Notes under the pieces: generated by a model | Database searches by the model: none | What the model saw: the letters and a program-made list of their open reading frames with translations, nothing else | What the model was told of the DNA's origin: nothing | In this document: piece by piece, positions 53,205-62,724 of the stretch | Layout of the letters: every line of letters starts with the position of its first letter | Position numbering within the stretch: position 1 is the stretch's first letter | Assembly (NCBI GenBank): GCA_009917695.1 | Contig: JAACJG010000001.1 | Span: forward strand, 143,219 to 207,218 | DNA length: 64,000 bases | From: Candidatus Rifleibacterium amylolyticum | Lineage (GTDB): Bacteria > Muiribacteriota > Ozemobacteria > Ozemobacterales > Ozemobacteraceae | Reading direction: 5' to 3' | Translations under genes and position numbers: made by a program

Positions 53205-56200
53205 TCAGGCTTCGCCTTTTGACCGCTCGATGTGAACCAGCGATCTTTTCGCGTCGTTAGCCAGCGGGCCGGTTGGATCGAGTTCGATAACCTTGTTATA
53301 TTCTTCGCTCGCACGGTCATACATGTTTTTGACACGATAAATACTGGCCAGTCTGAAATGTGCTTCAACATAGTTGGGATCGAGCTGGATAGCTTTTCGG
53401 TATTCCTGCATCGCCTCGTTTTTCATGTTGATCTGATAGTTCTCGTTGTAGGCTTCGCCAAGCTCGTAATGTGCTCTTGGACTGTTTTCGTCGACCTTTA
53501 GGGCCTTGCGGCAGATGGCGATTGCTTCGTCATACATGTGCTTGCCGCTGATAGACTGTTTGCTGTAGACGATCTTCAGGCCCCAGTATGGCCAAAGGTT
53601 ATTGGGGTCACAGCTGTTGGCCAGCTTAAAGTAGTAAACGGCCTTCTGCTGCTCTTCTTCAGTTGGAGTAAAGCCGGACCCCAGCGTTATGAAAGCATAG
53701 CCCAGGCTGAAGTTCGCCATGGTATCTTTGGGGTTGGCTTCAGCTTTCGTCTGGTATTCCTTTAACAGCGCGGCCAGCTGGCGGTCGCGATCCTGTGCTT
53801 TGGCGAGCATTTCCTTGCTGATGTCGATTATCTTCATATGATAATCACCGCTCATTGGCTCAAGTTCAAGCAGCTGGCGCAGCTCTGAAAGCGCTTCCGC
53901 AAACCTTGTCTGGCTCTGATAGAGGTCAGCCAGTTTCCGATGCACGTAAGTGCTTTCCGGGTCTTTTTCCAGGATCTGCTTGTAAATGCTCTCGACATCG
54001 GCGAGCATGTTGCGGCGATGATAAACCTTCGCCAGTTCGGTCATCGCAAATACATTGCCGGGGTCAAGCTCAAGAACCTTTTGAAAGCATTCTATCGACT
54101 GCGTGATCGCCGTTTCTTCGTCGATTTCTGCATCGAGGCCCTTTGACACAAACAGGCCGAGCTCAAGCCAGTCGCAATAATTCTGACCCTGTTCTACCGC
54201 TGCGCGGATGGACTTGTTGAAGTCCTGCAGCTCTTCGGGCGAACTGAAGTTGTTGAGTGCTTTGAATTTCAGCTGGGTGATCAGCTCAATTCGCAGGTCA
54301 ACATTGGTTGGAAAGTATTGTTTGGCGGTACTGAGAGCCTCTACGGCTTCAACTATCTTGCCTTTGCGAATATGCAGGTTGCCAAGTCTGAGTGGAAGTT
54401 CCTTGTAGCGGGCGTTTTTGTCGAGTCCGATAGCCTGTTCGTATTCGAAGGTGGCTTCATCAAACATGTTCTTTGATTCGTAGAGAGACCCGAGTTTGAA
54501 ACGTGCGTCGAGATTGTGGTTGTCAAGGTCGATGATGCTGTCATAATGCATGATCGCCGTATCGACGTCGCCTTCTTTTTCGGCTTCAGCTGCTTTGGCG
54601 AAGGCTTCGTCGATTTCCTGACTGCGCTGGGAGGCTGAGAGATTGGCAAAGAAATCTGATGCCACCATATTGCCGGCATCAACTTCAATGACCTTTTGAA
54701 ACCATACTCTTGCCGTGTCGAAGTCGTTCTTTTCGCGATAAAGAATGCCGAGTTGAAGAACCGGGTCGAGTTCGGTCGGAATGACCTGATTGGCGGCCTC
54801 GTATTTTTCGATGGCTTCATCAACCCAGCCCTTGTCCTGAAAAATCTTGCCAAGCATATACAGACCCTGGAAATGGTCTGGAGCCATGCCGAGCAGTTCC
54901 TGCAATTCGATAGATGCTTCATCGGGCTGATCTATCTTCATATATGTCTGGGCCAGAGAGATGTATACTTCTGGCTGTTCCGGGTCAATTTCTTTTGCTT
55001 TCAGCAGCGCTTCAAGTGCTTTCTCGTATGATTCCATGGTGAAATGGAGATTTCCCAGTTCATACCAGGCAATCTGATTGTTGGCCTGAATTTCGATGAC
55101 TTTTTCATACTCGAGTACAGCATTTTTGAACATTCCGCGTTCTGAAAAGATGCGGGCCTGCTTGATACCTTCGTTTGCCTGTGAACTTACTTTAACGTTC
55201 ACCAGCGCATTGTAGTATTCCTTGCCCTGTAGATGAAGCGGATCAAGCTCAAGTACCCTGGTGAATTCCTTCAGAGCATCATCGACTTTGCCGAGGTCGT
55301 TATAGGCCTTGCCCAGCTCGAAATGAGCATTTACCGATTTTTCATCAAGACTGAGAGCTGTTTTTAGTTCAGTAATACCACTTTCAATCATGCTGCTGTC
55401 ATTATATGACTTGCCCATGTTGAGATAAATGCAGCCAAGCTCTGTTCTGGCGATAGGATTGTTGGGCTCGTCTGCGATGATATCCTTGAAAGTCATACTC
55501 GCCTGATCTATCATATTGCTGATAGAATATACTCGGCCAAGCTGAATCCGCGCCATGGTGTTGTTGGGATCATTGTTGATGAGGGTTTTGAGCTCAAGTA
55601 TCGCCATCTCATGATCGCCGGTTCTGGCGTAGGCCTCAGAAATTATTGAGCTGATCTCATTATTACCGGGGTTAATCTGACGCGCTTCCTGAAGAATTGC
55701 AATTACCTGTGCAAAATCTTCGCAGGTCATGTACAGTCTGGCGATCTCAAGAGTTATCGAGAGATCCTGCGGTGCAACTACTCTGGCCTGATTCAGCACT
55801 TCAAGACCTTCTTCGAACATCTGGCGACTCTGATAAATGCGCGACATCTTGACATACAGGCTGATATCTTCGGGAGTCTGCTGACGCAGATTCTCAAGCT
55901 CATCGAGAGCCTGTTGATGGAAATTTCGCATCAGGTATATATCGACGAGGTTATTGAGAAACTGCGGCGACTGGTCGGAGAGCTCACGTGCCTGCTGCAG
56001 ATAGGCAAGGCCGTTTTCGCTGTCGCCTTCCTGAAGAAGATTGCTGCCGAGTTCAAGATACAGTCGGGGATCGCGTGCGCCAAGCGAAATTGCCTGCTTG
56101 AGCGAGGCGATCTGGTCGTGGGTGCGGCCAAGCGCCCGGTAAAGCTCGCCAAGGTCGAGATGTGCCTTGAGATTGTCGGGATTGCGCTGGATAATAACGT

Positions 56201-57812
56201 TGTATGAGCGAATGGCTTCTTCGTTCATACCCCGCTGTTTATAAATTTCGGCAAGAATTTCGTGTGGGCTGGTGTCTTCAGGATTCAGTTGCAGAGCCTG
56301 CTGCAGTGATGTGATCGCTTCTGAGACGAAGCCCAGTTTAAGATATATCGGGCCAAGAATGTTCAGCCAGCGTGAAGACGGGTTCAGCTGATGGAGGCGC
56401 AGAAGTGTGGTCACGGCATCACGATCTCTGCCGCCCGCGATCTGGAGTTCGTGCAGATCGCTGAGGAGCTCGATGTTGGCCTGATCGTTCTCCAGAAGAG
56501 CATTGATCGCATCGATTTCTTCGTTGATCATGCCCTTGCTGCGATAGATCATGCGCAGTTCACCCTTGATATCGCTGCGGCCCGGGTCAAGTTCGAGAAC
56601 CCGCATATAATATGTGTTGGCTTCTTCTATCATGCCCTGCTCGCCGTAAGCTCTGGCCAGAATCAGTGCCAGTTCAGAGTCTTCCGGGATGCTGACGCTC
56701 AAGGCTTCGAGCGCATCAAGGCAAAGAGCTGCATTGCCGCCGGCTCGAACTATTTCATACAGGCGTTCCAAGATGTCGTAGTCTTCAGGATCAGATTCGA
56801 GAGCTTGTTTATAGCATTCTATCGCTTTGTCGAGATCGCCATTGGCAGCGTATGAAGCTGCCAGGTTTTTCATGATTTCGCTTGAGGACGTATCCTGTGC
56901 TGCTATGGCTTCGTATTCTTTTATCTGAAGTTCATACAGGCCCTTTTCGCCATAGAGATTCGCAAGCTCGTAGCGGATTTCAAGCCAGTCAGGCTTCATC
57001 CGGGCGATAGCCTCGAATTCCTGGAGAGCTTCTTCCATCATTTCAAGTCTCTGATAAAGCTTGCCACAGCGGTAGAAAAGTTCGACATTGTTCTTGTCGA
57101 GCTCTTTTACCGCCTCGTATTTGGCGAGGGCCTCTTCAAATTTGCCGCGAGTTTCGAGGTCCTTGGCGATTTTGAAATGAATAGCCGGATTGTTTGGGTC
57201 GAGATATTCGGCTTTTTTATATTCCATCATCGCATCGTTATATTGACCATTGAATTCATAGGCTTCGCCAAGCTCTGAGTGAAGTCTGGCGTTGTCAGGA
57301 TCGTTTTCGATGGCCTGTTGATATAGCGAAATTGCGCTGTCAATATCGTTCTGAGTGATTTTAAGACGGGCCAGTTCAATTATGGCGCCGGTGAATTTGC
57401 GGTCCAGGTCAATGGCTCGATTGAAGTGCTTTTCGGCTTTATCAAAAGAATTGCGCTGTAGATAAAGCTGGCCGAGGTCAAATTGCAGTTCTTTGTTGTC
57501 CGGGGCCAGGCTTATCGCCTTGTCATAGATCTCTATTGCCTGATCGGTCTGACCAGTCTGGATATACAATGATCCAAGGGTGTTGAGAGCAGGAGCATCT
57601 GCCGGAGACAGCGAAATGATGTTCTCAAGAGTTTTAATTGCCTCGGTCTTGTTGTCGAGATGCTGATAGCAGTCTGCCATCAGTTTCATTGCCGGCACGA
57701 AGTCCGGCTTTTCTTCAAGTACCTTTCCGAGGGTCTTGCTGGCTTTTTCGTAGTTCTGCAGCTCGAAGTATGTCTGCCCTTTTTCCAGAAGGATTTCCCA
57801 GCGGTTAATCAT
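53205..57812 (-). CDS. Giant tetratricopeptide-repeat protein of 1535 aa.
   Basis: The protein is essentially wall-to-wall 34-residue TPR units (W-LG-Y...A...Y..A..L.P.N pattern repeated more than 35 times). No signal peptide is seen. Confidence 0.7.
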   Translation of the reverse strand: MINRWEILLEKGQTYFELQNYEKASKTLGKVLEEKPDFVPAMKLMADCYQHLDNKTEAIKTLENIISLSPADAPALNTLGSLYIQTGQTDQAIEIYDKAISLAPDNKELQFDLGQLYLQRNSFDKAEKHFNRAIDLDRKFTGAIIELARLKITQNDIDSAISLYQQAIENDPDNARLHSELGEAYEFNGQYNDAMMEYKKAEYLDPNNPAIHFKIAKDLETRGKFEEALAKYEAVKELDKNNVELFYRCGKLYQRLEMMEEALQEFEAIARMKPDWLEIRYELANLYGEKGLYELQIKEYEAIAAQDTSSSEIMKNLAASYAANGDLDKAIECYKQALESDPEDYDILERLYEIVRAGGNAALCLDALEALSVSIPEDSELALILARAYGEQGMIEEANTYYMRVLELDPGRSDIKGELRMIYRSKGMINEEIDAINALLENDQANIELLSDLHELQIAGGRDRDAVTTLLRLHQLNPSSRWLNILGPIYLKLGFVSEAITSLQQALQLNPEDTSPHEILAEIYKQRGMNEEAIRSYNVIIQRNPDNLKAHLDLGELYRALGRTHDQIASLKQAISLGARDPRLYLELGSNLLQEGDSENGLAYLQQARELSDQSPQFLNNLVDIYLMRNFHQQALDELENLRQQTPEDISLYVKMSRIYQSRQMFEEGLEVLNQARVVAPQDLSITLEIARLYMTCEDFAQVIAILQEARQINPGNNEISSIISEAYARTGDHEMAILELKTLINNDPNNTMARIQLGRVYSISNMIDQASMTFKDIIADEPNNPIARTELGCIYLNMGKSYNDSSMIESGITELKTALSLDEKSVNAHFELGKAYNDLGKVDDALKEFTRVLELDPLHLQGKEYYNALVNVKVSSQANEGIKQARIFSERGMFKNAVLEYEKVIEIQANNQIAWYELGNLHFTMESYEKALEALLKAKEIDPEQPEVYISLAQTYMKIDQPDEASIELQELLGMAPDHFQGLYMLGKIFQDKGWVDEAIEKYEAANQVIPTELDPVLQLGILYREKNDFDTARVWFQKVIEVDAGNMVASDFFANLSASQRSQEIDEAFAKAAEAEKEGDVDTAIMHYDSIIDLDNHNLDARFKLGSLYESKNMFDEATFEYEQAIGLDKNARYKELPLRLGNLHIRKGKIVEAVEALSTAKQYFPTNVDLRIELITQLKFKALNNFSSPEELQDFNKSIRAAVEQGQNYCDWLELGLFVSKGLDAEIDEETAITQSIECFQKVLELDPGNVFAMTELAKVYHRRNMLADVESIYKQILEKDPESTYVHRKLADLYQSQTRFAEALSELRQLLELEPMSGDYHMKIIDISKEMLAKAQDRDRQLAALLKEYQTKAEANPKDTMANFSLGYAFITLGSGFTPTEEEQQKAVYYFKLANSCDPNNLWPYWGLKIVYSKQSISGKHMYDEAIAICRKALKVDENSPRAHYELGEAYNENYQINMKNEAMQEYRKAIQLDPNYVEAHFRLASIYRVKNMYDRASEEYNKVIELDPTGPLANDAKRSLVHIERSKGEA

Positions 57813-57873
57813 TCGCCTGTCTCCTTAGCTGTGTCATATATATCAGTGTTTCTGTATTGCCGCAACGCTGGCA

Positions 57874-60800
57874 TCAATCGTCGCCCTCCTCGGCTTCCAT
57901 CAGTTCATCCGCTTTTTCAAAGGCTTTGACCGCCTCTTCTTTTTTACCCATGCCGCGATAAGTTTTGCCGAGCAGGAAGTAAACCGTGGAGCCGGCTTCG
58001 GGGAATCCGGCCGCTTTCTGCAGATTCTGCAGAGCTTCTTCATAAGATTCTTTTTCAAGGTAGTCGGCACCGATCTTGAGCAGAACTTCGTAGTTCTCTT
58101 CCATCTGGCCCTGAGCCTTCTTGAAGGATTCGGTAGCCTTTGACTTGTCATTGAGTCCTTCGTAAGCTTTACCCAGCAGGAAGTGGGCTTCGCCATTATC
58201 GGGGGTGATGCTTACGGCTTTTTCGAGCGCAGGCGCCGCTTCAGCCAGCATGCCATTGTCAATGTAGAGTTTGCCCAGTTCGAAGTAGACTTCCTGGTGG
58301 TTTGAATCGAGGTTGATGACTTTCTTGAATTCTTCGATCGCCTCAGTGACCTTGAGCTGCTTATAATAAGCTTTTCCCAGCTCAAAGTGAGCCCGGCTGT
58401 TGGTCGGATAGCGATTGATCGCTTTTTTGTAGAGACGAACCATTTTTTCGTAACTCTGGTGTTCCCAGAATATTGCGCCAAGTGCATAAATGCATTCAAT
58501 CAGGTTTTCATTGAGCGCCAGTGCCTGTTCGAAGTTGGCGGCAGCTTCGTTCTGCTGACCAAGCCCGCGATAGGCTTCCCCAAGCTCAAAGAAGAACAGA
58601 GCATTTTTAGGTGCCGCTTCGACTGCTTTTGAATAGAGAGCGACCATGGCATCGTAATTCTGGTTCTGCTTGTATTGAGCGCCAAGCCGATAAATGATGT
58701 TGAGGTCGCCGGGCTTGAAATCGAGCGCCTTTTCGAATGAGTTTATGGCACCCTGAACGTCGCCGAGTTTTTCGCAGGCTTCGCCAAGTTCTTTGTGAAC
58801 CAGGTAGTTCTCGGCCTCGAGCTCGATAGCCTTTTCGTAAAACTCTTTTGCTTCCTGCCACTGTTCCATTGACAGGTGGATCGTGCCAAGCTTCTGGTAG
58901 ACGTCGACATAGTCATCCTGCAATTCGAGAGCGCGTTTGAACTTGAGCATGGCATCGTGGTATTCGTCGCGCTGATAGTAGACGTCGCCGAGCTCGTAGT
59001 AGATGACGGCATTCTCAGGATCGAGCTGGCTGGCTCTCTGAAGCTCATCGATGGCGTCATCGGTGCGCCCGGTGTCGCGCAGGTGGCGGCCAAGCTCAAG
59101 GTGGGCGCGCTTGTGGTCAGGTGCCAGTCCGATTACAGTCTTGAATTCATTGATGGCATTGTCGTTCAGGCCCTGGGTCGAATAAATTATGCCAAGCTCG
59201 AAGTGAGCGCTGGCATTGCGTGGATCGAGGCTTATTACCTTGCGGTAAGCGTCGACAGCTTCGTCGATGATGCCCTGGCTGGCGTAGGCCTTAGCCAGTT
59301 CAATATTAACCGCGATATTTGAGGGCTCGTAATTGAGGGCTTCTTTGAATTCGCCGATCGCTTTATCGACGCGCCCCTTGTTGATATAAGCCATTGCCAG
59401 CTCGCGGTGCGGTACCGGGCTGCTGCCGTCAATCTGAATTGCCCGGCTGAAGCGTTCGATCGCCATGTCAAGATTGCCCTGTTTTCTGTGCATCAGACCA
59501 ATCTGAGTCAGAATTTCAGCGTTGTTGGGTTCGCGTTCGAGCGCCGCTTCGAATTCACGCAGAGCATCGGTCAGGCGATTGAGGTGATCGTAGACCTTAC
59601 CGAGTTCGAGGTGAATCATTGAGTTCTGTGGATCGGTTTCGAAGACGCGTACGTAGTATTTGGCCGCTTCTTCCCACTTTTCAAGGGATGCGTAGATTTT
59701 GCCGAGGCGAATAAGCGCATCGGTGCGCTCTTCGTTGATTTCTGCAACTTTGAGATATTCGTCAAGCGCTTTTTCGAGCTGACCGCAGTGGTAACAGGTT
59801 TCGGCCAGGCGGAAACGGGCCGAATGGTTTTGCGGATCCATTTCTACCAGCCGGCGATAGCAGTTTCCTGCCAGCTCATACTGCTCTGACATGTTGTAGA
59901 GGTCGCCGAGATTGGCGAGCGCTTCGCCAAGTGACGGGTCGATTTCGAGAGCCAGCTTGTATTCTTCGATAGCTTTGGCGCTCTTGTCCTGGTCGAGATA
60001 AACTTCAGCCAGTTCGACATGAGCCTGCGGCGCATCCGGGCGAATCTTGATGGCTGATTTATAAGATTCAACCGATTTTTCAAGGGCATTGCGGTGATGG
60101 TAGATTCGGCCAAGCTCAAGGTGGGCTTCGAATATTTCAGGCTCGATGTCGACTACTGTGTGAAGAGCATTGAGAGCCTTATCATGCAGATCTCTGATGA
60201 TGTAGATCTTGGCCAGCGACATCTGAGCCGGGACATGATCAGGCTTGATTTCGACCACTTTTCTGAATTCGTCTTCGGCCTTATAAATCTGGTTCGTGCT
60301 TTCATACAGGTGGGCGAGGTTCTCATGGGCCAACAGGCCTTCGGGCTGCAGTTCGATGGCTCTGAGATATTCTTCTTCTGCTTCTTTGAGCAGATCTAAT
60401 CGCTCAAGAGTGTTGGCGTAGAGTATGATCGCATCAATGAAGTCGTTTTCACGCTCAAGAACTTTTTCGAGAATGTTCTTCGCTTCCTGCCAGTTGCCAG
60501 AATCAGCATGGAGTCTGGCCAGATCGAACTGAATCCAGGACGGGTCTGGTGCCAGGGTGATGGCGCGACCCAGTTCGTCGATAGCCTGCTGGAAACGGCC
60601 ATTGCGGTGATGCAGCAGACCCAGGTAATAACGGGCCTGATAGTGCTCAGGTTCGAGCTCGATAGTTCTGGTCAGCCGTATTCGTGCGGTTTCATCCTGA
60701 TTCTCTTCGAAGCTGATGCGGCCGATGGCAAAATGCGCTTCAGTATAGTCAATATCGAGTTCTACGGCTTTGCGCAGATTGGCGAGAGCCTTTTCTGTTT

Positions 60801-62724
60801 CTTTGATGTCTTGGTAGACGCGGCCAAGTTCGTAGTAACCCTGGGCAAAGTTCGGGTTGATGCGGATAATCTTCTGATAAAGCTTGATCGCTTCTTCTTC
60901 ATGTTTTTCGGCATACTTGATTTCGGCCATGTGCAGATATGCCGGAATATAGGTTTTGTCCTTTTCGGCGGCCTGTGAGAAATAGTCGTAAGCCTTGCTC
61001 AGATTGCCCATCTTTCGGTAGACATCGCCGGTTTCAAAATATGCACGCGGATCTTCGGGGTCGAGTTCGGTGACCAGTTTGCAGGCTTCAAGAGCCTGAT
61101 CATACAGAGGTGTTGAGTTCTCGAGTGTTGTCAGATAAGAGTTCTTGAGGCCCCAATACGCCCATTTGAAATCAGGAGTAAGATTGATCGCCATCTGATA
61201 GCCGTTGAGAGCCTCTTCAAGCCGTTCTTCCTGCTTTTCGGGCAACTGCGACGGCAGAACCTGACAGGCGTAGGCCAGGGCAAAGTGTGATACCGGGTTC
61301 TGGAAGTCAACCATAGCTGAATTCTTGTATTGTTCGATGAACTTGCTGTAAAGTGTTTCGGTATCTTTGCTGTCGAGGGTTCTGATGCGGTAGAGGTCGA
61401 TCTGGTTCATAATCGCCAGCGGGCTTGATTTGTCGATTTCGAGAGCTTTTTCAAAAGCCTCATAGGCTTCTTCATACTGACGGCGTTTTACATAGATTTT
61501 ACCGAGCTCTATCCAGGCACCGAGAGCGTTGGCTTCTTTGAAGAAGCGCAGCTTGTTGAAAAGATAGCCTTCCTGGTATACGTCATGGGTGCGGTTGCGC
61601 GACAGTTCGATAACTTCGCGGAATCTGGTGATCGCGAGCTCGAGCATTCCCATCAACAGATGAATGCTTCCCAGCCGAAAGTGGGCAAAAACATTGGTCG
61701 GGTTGATATTGAGACCCTGCTGGTAATATTCGATAGCCTGGTCGTAATTGGCCTTCTGCTCGCTGATGTAGCCGAGTCGGAAGTAGGCGGGAGCATAGCC
61801 CGGGCTGAGTTCAAGAGCGCGGCGGTAGCTGCTGTGCGCGCTGGCCAGGGCTTCTTCTGTAATCATCGCGTGTTCAGCCTGCGAAATCAGATAGCATTCG
61901 CCGAGCTCGAAATTCAGGCGCGGGTCGTCACTGATCTGGTCGAGGGCCGCCAGCAGCTGGTCAACCGCCTTGTCGTAACGGCCATCATAAATATACAGAT
62001 CTTTGATGCCAAGATGTGCCCAGAGATTTTTCGGATTGATTTCGAGCGCGCGCTCCATCATCAATTTTGCTTCCTGGCGCTGCTCGACAAATTTTTCGCT
62101 GTCCTGCGAATGCAGAATCAGATAGGCGTTGCCCATAATGCAGTTTGCCATCGATTCGCTCTCAATTGTGCGCAGATCTTCGCGCAGCTTGTCGATAATT
62201 GCCTGATAGCGCTGCTCGCGATCAGGCATGTTCGAACACAGCGCTCTGTATTGGAGAATAAGTCTGATCCAGGTTTCACCATCTTCAGGCTCGCTTTTCA
62301 GACACTGGCGATAAGATGAGATCGATTCGTCAAAGATGCCCTGAACCGAGTAGATGTCGCCGAGAGCCTTATGCACTATCGGGTTCTGAACGTCGAGAAT
62401 AGCAGCCTTCTTATAGTCGAGCAAGGCTTTTTCAAAAAGACCCTTGTTCTTGTAGATGCTGGCCTGGCTGATATACAGGTTGACACGTTCCTGCTTCTCA
62501 TCGTCAGAAAACAGGCTGGCACGTTCTTTCATCAGCACCAGCTCATTCTGCTCGGCCAGTTTTTTGAGCGAGTCGAGATACTCGCGCGAAGCGGTGCCTA
62601 TCTCCAGGAAAATGCAGCGCGCTTCCTGCGCATGATAGAACATGCACTGTTCCTGTATGCACCCGCCTTCCGGGCCTTTGTCTTCTCTCAGTTTACCCAG
62701 AAAAGGGCATATTTCCTTGGTCAT
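57874..62724 (-). CDS. Giant tetratricopeptide-repeat protein of 1616 aa with an N-terminal Cys-rich segment.
   Basis: The TPR repeats run throughout. The N-terminus MTKEICPFLGKLREDKGPEGGCIQEQCMFYHAQEARCIF contains four Cys that might form a zinc knuckle. The start codon overlaps the ftsK stop (ATGA). Confidence 0.7.
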   Translation of the reverse strand: MTKEICPFLGKLREDKGPEGGCIQEQCMFYHAQEARCIFLEIGTASREYLDSLKKLAEQNELVLMKERASLFSDDEKQERVNLYISQASIYKNKGLFEKALLDYKKAAILDVQNPIVHKALGDIYSVQGIFDESISSYRQCLKSEPEDGETWIRLILQYRALCSNMPDREQRYQAIIDKLREDLRTIESESMANCIMGNAYLILHSQDSEKFVEQRQEAKLMMERALEINPKNLWAHLGIKDLYIYDGRYDKAVDQLLAALDQISDDPRLNFELGECYLISQAEHAMITEEALASAHSSYRRALELSPGYAPAYFRLGYISEQKANYDQAIEYYQQGLNINPTNVFAHFRLGSIHLLMGMLELAITRFREVIELSRNRTHDVYQEGYLFNKLRFFKEANALGAWIELGKIYVKRRQYEEAYEAFEKALEIDKSSPLAIMNQIDLYRIRTLDSKDTETLYSKFIEQYKNSAMVDFQNPVSHFALAYACQVLPSQLPEKQEERLEEALNGYQMAINLTPDFKWAYWGLKNSYLTTLENSTPLYDQALEACKLVTELDPEDPRAYFETGDVYRKMGNLSKAYDYFSQAAEKDKTYIPAYLHMAEIKYAEKHEEEAIKLYQKIIRINPNFAQGYYELGRVYQDIKETEKALANLRKAVELDIDYTEAHFAIGRISFEENQDETARIRLTRTIELEPEHYQARYYLGLLHHRNGRFQQAIDELGRAITLAPDPSWIQFDLARLHADSGNWQEAKNILEKVLERENDFIDAIILYANTLERLDLLKEAEEEYLRAIELQPEGLLAHENLAHLYESTNQIYKAEDEFRKVVEIKPDHVPAQMSLAKIYIIRDLHDKALNALHTVVDIEPEIFEAHLELGRIYHHRNALEKSVESYKSAIKIRPDAPQAHVELAEVYLDQDKSAKAIEEYKLALEIDPSLGEALANLGDLYNMSEQYELAGNCYRRLVEMDPQNHSARFRLAETCYHCGQLEKALDEYLKVAEINEERTDALIRLGKIYASLEKWEEAAKYYVRVFETDPQNSMIHLELGKVYDHLNRLTDALREFEAALEREPNNAEILTQIGLMHRKQGNLDMAIERFSRAIQIDGSSPVPHRELAMAYINKGRVDKAIGEFKEALNYEPSNIAVNIELAKAYASQGIIDEAVDAYRKVISLDPRNASAHFELGIIYSTQGLNDNAINEFKTVIGLAPDHKRAHLELGRHLRDTGRTDDAIDELQRASQLDPENAVIYYELGDVYYQRDEYHDAMLKFKRALELQDDYVDVYQKLGTIHLSMEQWQEAKEFYEKAIELEAENYLVHKELGEACEKLGDVQGAINSFEKALDFKPGDLNIIYRLGAQYKQNQNYDAMVALYSKAVEAAPKNALFFFELGEAYRGLGQQNEAAANFEQALALNENLIECIYALGAIFWEHQSYEKMVRLYKKAINRYPTNSRAHFELGKAYYKQLKVTEAIEEFKKVINLDSNHQEVYFELGKLYIDNGMLAEAAPALEKAVSITPDNGEAHFLLGKAYEGLNDKSKATESFKKAQGQMEENYEVLLKIGADYLEKESYEEALQNLQKAAGFPEAGSTVYFLLGKTYRGMGKKEEAVKAFEKADELMEAEEGDD

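Noticed and set aside
52902-53371. ORFs 52902..53201 (plus strand) and 53138..53371 (minus strand) end in or cross the poly-A/poly-T hairpin.
   Set aside because: They run through a canonical intrinsic terminator and into the antisense of neighbouring genes, so they are not credible CDS.
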